Source: Nitrosarchaeum sp. (lineage in GTDB: Archaea; Thermoproteota; Nitrososphaeria; Nitrososphaerales; Nitrosopumilaceae). Taken from it: DNA of 32,000 bases. Numbering within the stretch: position 1 is the stretch's first letter; the number at the start of each line of letters is the position of its first letter. The stretch lies in the NCBI GenBank assembly GCA_018334095.1, contig JAGXTE010000001.1, positions 1 through 32,000 of the forward strand. Reading direction: 5' to 3'. Position numbers and translations under genes: made by a program. The notes below the pieces were generated by a model that did not search any database, was not told the origin of the DNA, and saw only the letters and a program-made list of their open reading frames with translations. Below are positions 16,624 through 22,680 of the stretch, piece after piece.

Positions 16624-16866
16624 CAAAAAGAGTTTTCCATTTCTCATCTTTGCCCTATTACGATATGTAATGATGTGATAGCGAATGATATTTTTTAGCT
16701 TGTCCTCTACCGTAGTCTCCTCATCTAAACAAACAGATAGAAAGTCAAGATAGTCCTTGTCTTTTACATCAATCTCTATCTTTCTCAATTTAACACCTGA
16801 ACCCTTGTAGTCACATCGTCTTGTGAAATCATCTTTGCGTGAATTATGCAAAACCGTATGATACAT
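16621..16866 (-). CDS. Hypothetical protein (81 aa)
   Basis: Charged, protein-like ORF with no family recognised. A 53-codon alternative-frame ORF overlaps its 5' end. Confidence 0.45.
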   Translation of the reverse strand: MYHTVLHNSRKDDFTRRCDYKGSGVKLRKIEIDVKDKDYLDFLSVCLDEETTVEDKLKNIIRYHIITYRNRAKMRNGKLFL

Positions 16867-17012
16867 TTTGCAAAAGGTCTTCTAATCCCCTCCTCAAAGT
16901 AATAGTGCATCACCTGTGCATATGCCTCGCTATTGCATCCTAACATGTTACAAATCAGAGACAAGCTAGGGATTTTTGAGCCTAAAAGGGCAGGTTATTG
17001 TAATAATAGAAT

Positions 17013-17177
17013 CTAATGTTTGGGTTTTGCTTTATGTTTGGCTAGTTCATCTTTTAATGCATTGATTCTTTTTTCTAATTTATCCACTCTTCGATCATCT
17101 GCATCTGCTCTTTTTTCTAATTTTGCCAATCTTCGTTCTTGTTGTTGTTCATGTTGTTTATTGGTTAATTTTGCCAT
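17013..17177 (-). CDS. 54-aa coiled-coil micro-protein (below the ORF-track cutoff)
   Basis: Hand-translated: MAKLTNKQHEQQQERRLAKLEKRADADDRRVDKLEKRINALKDELAKHKAKPKH. The ATG lies 24 nt downstream of promoter cassette copy 3. Confidence 0.5.
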   Translation of the reverse strand: MAKLTNKQHEQQQERRLAKLEKRADADDRRVDKLEKRINALKDELAKHKAKPKH

Positions 17178-17199
17178 GGGTTAGATAGAATTTTTTATG

Positions 17200-17213
17200 A
17201 ACTTAAGGATTTA
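17200..17213 (-). promoter_or_regulatory. Promoter cassette copy 3 (gene-sense TAAATCCTTAAGTT)
   Basis: Exact 14-mer. The CTTAAG core at 17202-17207 ends 24 nt before the ATG at 17177. Confidence 0.5.
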
Positions 17214-17284
17214 GGAAATAAAAAATCAAATTCGCTTTTAGATGTTTTAATTATTTAAAAAAATCTGAAAATAGAAGAGAAAAA

Positions 17285-18127
17285 TTAAGGTTCAATTCTT
17301 GCACATTCTGCTAATGCAGTAATAGAGCCTTCTCCAGATGGAGAATATGCATTAACAGACCAAGCAGGTAATCCTTCAAAGATAGTGCTTGATTCACCAG
17401 ATATGTTAACTCTGGGATCTGTTGTTCTATATCCTCCACCAACAACCATTTCACCTGATAGACATGGTGCATAGGATGATCTAAATGGGGTTTCAGCAGA
17501 AAAATCTGTTGTTTGACCAGATCGTTCTACTACTATCAATCTTCCGCCAGAACCGGTACCGACATCATCAGGTTCACATAATACACTTCCATCAGAATTG
17601 ATTTGTCTAATTGAAGAACCTACAGGACAGTTTTCATTCACGCGTGTCTGTAGTAGAGCATCAGCTGTTGCTCTTGATGTTGCTTCGTTGTCGATGTTGG
17701 ATTGTAGTTGTGTATCAGCTGCTTGTAGTTCTGTGAAAATATCAAAGAAAGAGTCAATCTGAGATTGCTGAGACTCATCACTTGCTTGTAGTTCTGTGAA
17801 AATATCAAAGAAAGAGTCAATCTGAGATTGCTGTGCATCATTGGTTGTCTGCAATTCTGTGAAAATATCAAAAAATGAATCTACTGTAAACACATCAAAG
17901 AACACATCAAAGAAACTGTCAGCTTGTGGATTTGGCTGATTTTCATTAATCAGAGAAAGTAATTCACATTCTTTTGAATACTTTAGTGGGTCTTTTTTTT
18001 CAAACTCTTTGGTACACTCTTTTTGGAGTTTAGTTGGCTTGTCTGCTGCAAATGCATTGCCAATAAGTGGACTGGAAATCAGAATAGTAGAAATTGCCAA
18101 AAATAACAAAAGACTGGATTTATTCAA
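17285..18127 (-). CDS. Secreted protein with DSFFDIFTELQ tandem repeats and a Cys-containing C-terminal globular domain
   Basis: Signal peptide (LISSPLIGNAFA|A). Three 21-aa repeats plus degenerate copies. C-terminal CPVGSSIRQINSDGSVLC...VVGGGY...AECA. The TTG start is supported by CTTTAATT ending 24 nt upstream. Confidence 0.7.
   Translation of the reverse strand: MNKSSLLLFLAISTILISSPLIGNAFAADKPTKLQKECTKEFEKKDPLKYSKECELLSLINENQPNPQADSFFDVFFDVFTVDSFFDIFTELQTTNDAQQSQIDSFFDIFTELQASDESQQSQIDSFFDIFTELQAADTQLQSNIDNEATSRATADALLQTRVNENCPVGSSIRQINSDGSVLCEPDDVGTGSGGRLIVVERSGQTTDFSAETPFRSSYAPCLSGEMVVGGGYRTTDPRVNISGESSTIFEGLPAWSVNAYSPSGEGSITALAECARIEP
17723..17920 (-). repeat. 63-bp coding tandem repeat (3 units plus degenerate flanking copies)
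   Basis: cttgtagttctgtgaaaatatcaaagaaagagtcaatctgagattgctg recurs with a 63-nt period (17722, 17785, about 17848). Confidence 0.85.
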
Positions 18128-18193
18128 CAGAAACGTAGAGTCTAAACTAATAATTAAAGAGGATCGTGTGTAATGCGATCAATATTACAGAAT

Positions 18194-18322
18194 CTAATCT
18201 TTCTCTGGCTCTTTAACTACACTTTCAAAAGTCATTTTCTTTTTTTGACATGACTCACATTTTTCCATTATGCCAAACTCATTTCGGAGCTTACCTTTTC
18301 CATCACATCTAAAACAAACCAT
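18194..18322 (-). CDS. 42-aa zinc-ribbon micro-protein (below the ORF-track cutoff)
   Basis: Hand-translated: MVCFRCDGKGKLRNEFGIMEKCESCQKKKMTFESVVKEPEKD (CxxC...CxxC). The ATG lies 23 nt downstream of promoter cassette copy 4. Confidence 0.5.
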   Translation of the reverse strand: MVCFRCDGKGKLRNEFGIMEKCESCQKKKMTFESVVKEPEKD

Positions 18323-18343
18323 AAAGTTTCTACAAGAATTTTA

Positions 18344-18357
18344 AACTTAAGGATTTA
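18344..18357 (-). promoter_or_regulatory. Promoter cassette copy 4 (gene-sense TAAATCCTTAAGTT)
   Basis: Exact 14-mer. The CTTAAG core at 18346-18351 ends 23 nt before the ATG at 18322. Confidence 0.5.
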
Positions 18358-18377
18358 TGAAAACACAAAGTTTGGAA

Positions 18378-19304
18378 TTATTTTAATCCCTTGTTTGTAC
18401 CAATGATTTCATGATTGGTTAAATCGTATGAAAGCTTGTAGACTTCTTGGTATCCATCAGATGAAAATCCACCGACATAAAGTATTTTGTTTTGGGAATC
18501 AAAAGCAATGCTAGTAATTGTTAGATCAATGTTTGCCAAGTCTTCCCAAGTTACTCCAAGATCATCTGAACGAACCAAGCCAAATGAATTTACGGATGCA
18601 AAAAGAATTCCATCATCATCAAAATTCAAAGCATATACTGCTAATCCTTGATATGCAACATGATTCCATGTTATACCACCATTATTTGATTTGTAAATTC
18701 CATTTCCTGTTCCTGCAAATATTAGTTGAGAGTCAGTTGGAGAAATCGCTAATGCCGAAATATATTCAGGATACTCTAGAGTTTCCCAAGTTTTTCCAGC
18801 ATCTGTAGTTTTGAACAAGCCTCTTGCACCACTGTCAAAACCTAAAATCAAGTTTGGGTCACTTTTGCTTAAGGTCATTGCGTGAAAATCAACTGGAGGA
18901 TCTAATACTTTGGAAACTGATTGCCAAGTTATTCCACCATCTACACTTTTGATTAGTCCTGTGTTTCCGCCAGTTGATGGATGTCCACTTGCATACAAAG
19001 GAGAGTCTTTGTCGTGTGGTGCATTAAATGCCATATAGTCTGCTCTTACTTGGTCTACTTTTATTGGAGGCGCACCGTTTCTACTTTGGTAAAAATCTCC
19101 ATGTGTTGCAATATACAAAATGCCAGAATCTGCAGCATCTACACCTAATCCATGAACATGACGCCAATCAACTATTCTAGTTTCAGTCATGGTATCATTT
19201 GAGATAGATTTTTGATCATTAGAATTAAAGCTAAGAGATACTGCAATCCCAATTATTACAATACCTATTATAATGAGAAATTTCTTTGGAACTTTGCTTT
19301 TCAA
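18378..19304 (-). CDS. Membrane-anchored BNR/Asp-box beta-propeller protein (Ycf48/sialidase-like fold)
   Basis: N-terminal TM helix. Four clear Asp-boxes (SVDGGITW, TTDAGKTW, SNNGGITW, SDDLGVTW). TTG start. Confidence 0.75.
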   Translation of the reverse strand: MKSKVPKKFLIIIGIVIIGIAVSLSFNSNDQKSISNDTMTETRIVDWRHVHGLGVDAADSGILYIATHGDFYQSRNGAPPIKVDQVRADYMAFNAPHDKDSPLYASGHPSTGGNTGLIKSVDGGITWQSVSKVLDPPVDFHAMTLSKSDPNLILGFDSGARGLFKTTDAGKTWETLEYPEYISALAISPTDSQLIFAGTGNGIYKSNNGGITWNHVAYQGLAVYALNFDDDGILFASVNSFGLVRSDDLGVTWEDLANIDLTITSIAFDSQNKILYVGGFSSDGYQEVYKLSYDLTNHEIIGTNKGLK

Positions 19305-19397
19305 AATGTATCGTCAATACCACTTTGAATATTAGATATAAAAAACAAGTACATTACATTTGTAAAATGGTTTGTTTCAAAATATCTGCGAGATCAT

Positions 19398-19432
19398 AAA
19401 AAAATTTTTAAAATTTAAAAATAAAAAGAAAA
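19398..19432 (-). terminator. Oligo-T tract downstream of the Hcp-like gene
   Basis: The minus-strand sequence after the stop reads CCTTTTCTTTTTATTTTTAAATTTTAAAAATTTTTTT. Oligo-T runs are the usual archaeal termination signal. Confidence 0.35.
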
Positions 19433-19436
19433 GGTT

Positions 19437-19982
19437 CTAGACCTTTACGTTCTTTTTCAGATCATAACCTGCCTTTACTGGTGCTTCACTAGAGCCAATT
19501 GGCTGGTACTTGAACTCTATCTTTGAAAAGTTCAAAGATAATTGTTCTGTTGGTTGTTCCCCAGAGCTGCCTTGTGACTGATAGCTTGAAACTAGGACAT
19601 CGCTCAACACTATGTCGAGATAGCATTGTGATTCTCGTCCTTCACCTGCAACACATAGTTGTAAAGTTACGTCTTTGATGTGTTTGCCAGTAACTACATG
19701 CTCAAACAATTTTGGTGATGCCTTGCTGGCAGATGAAGTAAAACTAAAGTCACTAATTGAGACCTTACCTGCACCGCCTCCACCAGAAGTTGCGGATGAT
19801 TGTGATGCACCCCAGCTAAACGATTCGATTTCTATCCATCCTTTGTGTTTGTCATCTGTCGACTCGCCCGGAACACCGTCGATCTTTAAGAAATAGTCAA
19901 CACTTGCTGCAGATGCACTTTGAGTTAGAAGTCCAATTGCAAAAACAGCCGTGATTCCTAAAAGAAGTATGTTCTTAATCAT
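19437..19982 (-). CDS. Hcp (type VI secretion tube protein, T6SS_HCP family) homologue with N-terminal Sec signal peptide
   Basis: The mature part shows full-length Hcp1-type similarity: VDYFLKIDGVPGESTDDKHKGWIEIESFSWGASQ...GGGGAGKVSISDFSFT...ASPKLFEHVVTGKHI...DVLVSSYQSQGSSGEQPTEQLSLNFSKIEFKYQP...GYDLKKNVKV. The start is revised from 20033 to ATG 19982 (MIKNILLLGITAVFAIGLLTQSASA|AS) because ATCCTTAAT ends 24 nt upstream. Confidence 0.85.
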   Translation of the reverse strand: MIKNILLLGITAVFAIGLLTQSASAASVDYFLKIDGVPGESTDDKHKGWIEIESFSWGASQSSATSGGGGAGKVSISDFSFTSSASKASPKLFEHVVTGKHIKDVTLQLCVAGEGRESQCYLDIVLSDVLVSSYQSQGSSGEQPTEQLSLNFSKIEFKYQPIGSSEAPVKAGYDLKKNVKV

Positions 19983-20004
19983 TGAGCCATGATACCTTTC
20001 GGAA

Positions 20005-20018
20005 TTATTAAGGATATC
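20005..20018 (-). promoter_or_regulatory. Promoter cassette variant (gene-sense GATATCCTTAATAA) for the Hcp-like gene
   Basis: The CTTAAT core at 20007-20012 ends 24 nt before ATG 19982. Confidence 0.4.
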
Positions 20019-20158
20019 CATAAAGTGTAACAAAAATTACGTTACAAGAATCTCCAGTAATCCTATTTTTGGAAATGTATTGAAATTCCTATGTCAATTG
20101 TTACTATGATTTTTTAAATTCATTAAACTAGAGAATGTAATATTCCATTTTGGAAAAA

Positions 20159-20827
20159 TTAGTACAGTCGGTCTAGTTTTTTATCCAATAATTCGACTTG
20201 TCTTTTCATATCATCTACCAGGGAATAAAGCGCATTGGTAGAATTGTCAGTTGATTTTTTTCCGCCATTTGACCAGTCAATCATCGCCTCAAGCATACTC
20301 ATTACCTGCAACGAGTAATCTGTAAGATCTTTTATGCTAAAATGTTTTTTCAGGTTCTCGTCATTTGGGAAAATTACAAGGTCGTCATTTTGATATATTC
20401 TGTATTGTTGATCAAGTATTGCATTTCTAAAGCCTAGAAGAAACATTCCACGTATCGAGTTTTTTAGCTTTTCAGAATATTGCATCTTGTTGCAAATTTT
20501 AGTAATCATCTGATAAAGCGAAGTGTTCTCATCAAATCCGCCCTTTAGTTTTCCAGGGTTGACGATAATTTTGAGAAACTTGTTTATCACATCAAGATGT
20601 GACATGATAAAGGACATCTCCGAATAAATCGCAAAGACCATTGTCTCGTGGTTTTGAGAGTTAAGACTGCGTGCCACATTATGAAACGAATTTGAAAATG
20701 ATTTTTCAAACTCTAAAAAGTTTTTAAAAAATTCCTCGTCACAGTACTGCTCATTAAACTGTACCAGTCCATGCGATTCAATATCATTTAGAATTACCAA
20801 AGTGGCTCGATAGTTTGCGTCACTCAC
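20159..20827 (-). CDS. Hypothetical protein (about 222 aa), helical, no family recognised
   Basis: The ORF track starts at TTG 20842. I prefer GTG 20827 because the CTTAAG core (20851-20856) ends exactly 23 nt before it. Confidence 0.5.
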   Translation of the reverse strand: MSDANYRATLVILNDIESHGLVQFNEQYCDEEFFKNFLEFEKSFSNSFHNVARSLNSQNHETMVFAIYSEMSFIMSHLDVINKFLKIIVNPGKLKGGFDENTSLYQMITKICNKMQYSEKLKNSIRGMFLLGFRNAILDQQYRIYQNDDLVIFPNDENLKKHFSIKDLTDYSLQVMSMLEAMIDWSNGGKKSTDNSTNALYSLVDDMKRQVELLDKKLDRLY

Positions 20828-20907
20828 AGTCAATAGGCACAAATATCAAACTTAAGCATATCTTCACTGAATAAACCTCTACATACAGGGGATAAAACCA
20901 AAACCGC

Positions 20908-21471
20908 ATGGAAGACAGTGCAGACATTGTACTAAAGGCAAAAAAACTTGCACATGAGAAACACAAAAATCAAAAACGAAAAGACGGTGTCACTCCATAC
21001 TCTGATCACTTGGAAGGAGTTGTAAACAGACTCAAAAATTTGGGAGTTACTGACAAAAATGTACTTGCAGCTGCATGGATGCATGATATCATTGAAGATA
21101 CAGATGTTACTTTTGATCAGATAAATGAAAAGTTTGGCAGAGAGATTGCAGTAATTATTTTATCTTTATCAAAAGACAAGAGCGTTGCAAAAAAAGACAT
21201 TGAGCAGCAGTATGTCACGCAACTAAAAAATGCGTCAATTGATGCAAAATTAATCAAGCTTTGCGACATCTCTGCAAACCTAAAAGATTTGTCAACTGCA
21301 CCTATATCAAAGAATCAGAAAAACAAGCAGGTAAAAAAAATCATCCATTACATGAGAATTATAAAAAATGATATTTCAGAAAAGCAGCCAGAGTATCCAA
21401 AGATTATAGAAATAATTGAAGGCATCAACACCATCTGTATCAAGTTTCATCAAAAGCCGTTTACAGTTTGA
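20908..21471 (+). CDS. Stand-alone RelA/SpoT-type HD hydrolase (small alarmone hydrolase-like)
   Basis: AHEKHKNQKRKDGVTPYSDHLEGV...AAAWMHDIIEDT...FG.EIA.II..LSKDK...KLIKLCDISANLKDL matches the (p)ppGpp-hydrolase HD domain. No synthetase domain is present. Confidence 0.8.
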   Translation: MEDSADIVLKAKKLAHEKHKNQKRKDGVTPYSDHLEGVVNRLKNLGVTDKNVLAAAWMHDIIEDTDVTFDQINEKFGREIAVIILSLSKDKSVAKKDIEQQYVTQLKNASIDAKLIKLCDISANLKDLSTAPISKNQKNKQVKKIIHYMRIIKNDISEKQPEYPKIIEIIEGINTICIKFHQKPFTV

Positions 21472-21840
21472 TCACGTCTTTGGATCAACGACATTTACTT
21501 TCATAAGCAATGGAGATGACAACGCTTCAGGATTATCGATGCTCTTCCAGACAAATACCTCAATTGTATACAAACCGATTTCAGTTGATGTCCACGATTG
21601 CGCAGGTGAAAATGACTGGCGTGGTGAAAGTGAACCGGTAAGCCAAGATAAAGACATGACAGTATTATCTGAATTTTTTACCTGGGTGATGTACACAAAT
21701 GGCTGCTGAGTGTTGAGGCTGTTTGTAACATCGGCGGTAATCATTATTTGGTTTCCAACTATCAAAGTACGGATATCACTTTCTGCAAATGCAAGCCCGG
21801 TAAATGAAAACAGTATCAGAAACAGTATTAAAAATTTCAT
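21472..21840 (-). CDS. Small secreted beta-sandwich-like protein
   Basis: Signal peptide MKFLILFLILFSFTGLAFA|E. The start is set at ATG 21840 (GATTAAATA ends about 22 nt upstream) rather than 21855. Confidence 0.55.
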   Translation of the reverse strand: MKFLILFLILFSFTGLAFAESDIRTLIVGNQIMITADVTNSLNTQQPFVYITQVKNSDNTVMSLSWLTGSLSPRQSFSPAQSWTSTEIGLYTIEVFVWKSIDNPEALSSPLLMKVNVVDPKT

Positions 21841-21879
21841 AAATATTACCAGCATTCATCATTATTTAATCCATTTAAA

Positions 21880-22062
21880 ATGACAGAACTTCCAAAAAAA
21901 TTTCCAGAGTATCTTATTTTGTACAAGACGCTTACAAAGAAGATTGCAGAGCTTGACTCAGAAACAGACAAGGATAAGATAAAAAGATATGAAGACGAGA
22001 GAAACAAAATAAGAGACATGTTTCCAGAGAACTTTTTTGATAATTCAGAGGAATCATTATAA
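21880..22062 (+). CDS. Hypothetical charged helical protein (60 aa)
   Basis: Protein-like composition. Preferred over the S/L-rich antisense ORF 21846-22079. Confidence 0.4.
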   Translation: MTELPKKFPEYLILYKTLTKKIAELDSETDKDKIKRYEDERNKIRDMFPENFFDNSEESL

Positions 22063-22189
22063 TAAGTGAGAAATTTCAATTACTCTTGACTGGAGAGTGT
22101 TCGAAAGAGCAGCTACTTTTTAGTCCAAGCAGTGATTATTTAGTAGAGGATCACTCCAGTCACTTTAAAAAATAAGAGTTAGAGATTTA

Positions 22190-22402
22190 CTATTCGTGCT
22201 GATGACCGCAACCACATTCGTGATCATCACCTTTTAATGACATTAATTTTTCAACCATATCATCACGGAGTTTTAGCAAATCACCGACTTGTTGTTTCAG
22301 ATTACCTGAATCCCAGTTAGCTTCCTGAAGTGCCCTAACACAATCAATTATCTCAAGATCTACATTGAGTAGATTATCCATAATTTTTTCTTGTTCACTC
22401 AT
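22190..22402 (-). CDS. Hypothetical protein (70 aa) with C-terminal HECGCGHQHE metal-binding-like tail
   Basis: ORF. GTATTAAA ends 23 nt upstream of the ATG. Confidence 0.5.
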   Translation of the reverse strand: MSEQEKIMDNLLNVDLEIIDCVRALQEANWDSGNLKQQVGDLLKLRDDMVEKLMSLKGDDHECGCGHQHE

Positions 22403-22445
22403 GTATAAGATACGAAAAGATGCCGTTTAATACTTTATCAGCAAT

Positions 22446-22574
22446 TTAACTTGGTTTTTTCTTTGTATGTGCCTTTATCATGTGGCGCAGCATTCTTTCA
22501 GTTTCGGAGAATTCCATGCCGCATTCTCTGCATTTTGTGTCAAGTATGACTTTTTCTTTTCTGAAAAATCCCAT
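22446..22574 (-). CDS. 42-aa single C2H2 zinc-finger micro-protein (below the ORF-track cutoff)
   Basis: Hand-translated: MGFFRKEKVILDTKCRECGMEFSETERMLRHMIKAHTKKKPS, which fits C-x2-C-x12-H-x4-H. TATTTAAT ends 22 nt upstream of the ATG. Confidence 0.5.
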   Translation of the reverse strand: MGFFRKEKVILDTKCRECGMEFSETERMLRHMIKAHTKKKPS

Positions 22575-22645
22575 ATTTTGCAATTTTTGATTTGACATTA
22601 AATACGTTTAGCAAAAATAAAACTGACAATATTATTCCATTCTAC

Positions 22646-22659
22646 TAAATCCTTAAGTT
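22646..22659 (+). promoter_or_regulatory. Promoter cassette copy 5 (TAAATCCTTAAGTT)
   Basis: Exact 14-mer. The CTTAAG core at 22652-22657 ends 23 nt before the TTG at 22681. Confidence 0.5.
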
Positions 22660-22680
22660 TTTAGAAAATTAAGAAAAATA

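Noticed and set aside
16867-16946. Alternative 53-codon ORF (MLGCNSEAYAQVMHYYFEEGIRRPFAKC...) starting at 16946 and overlapping the 5' end of 16621-16866 in another frame
   Set aside because: I cannot decide between the frames from sequence alone. The 81-aa frame is longer and more protein-like, and the upstream AAAATCCCTAGCTT only loosely resembles the promoter cassette, with the wrong spacing (about 18 nt). It is worth checking with transcript data.
19437-20033. Reading the Hcp homologue as evidence for a type VI secretion system locus
   Set aside because: No sheath, baseplate, VgrG, PAAR, ClpV or membrane-complex genes occur in the window. The protein also carries a Sec signal peptide, which is incompatible with canonical T6SS loading. 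It is reported instead as an orphan, repurposed Hcp.
21846-22079. 77-aa minus-strand ORF, and the 97-aa plus-strand ORF at 21416-21709
   Set aside because: Each is antisense to a better-supported gene (21880-22062 + and 21472-21840 - respectively) and has S/L-rich or otherwise unnatural composition.
22088-22161. Long-range inverted repeat GACTGGAG(A)GTG ... CACTCCAGTC between the convergent genes 21880-22062 and 22190-22402
   Set aside because: It could be a structured ncRNA. However, it sits exactly where two convergent transcripts terminate, is flanked by oligo-T tracts on both strands, and has no recognisable RNA-family motifs. It is most simply a terminator-region structure.
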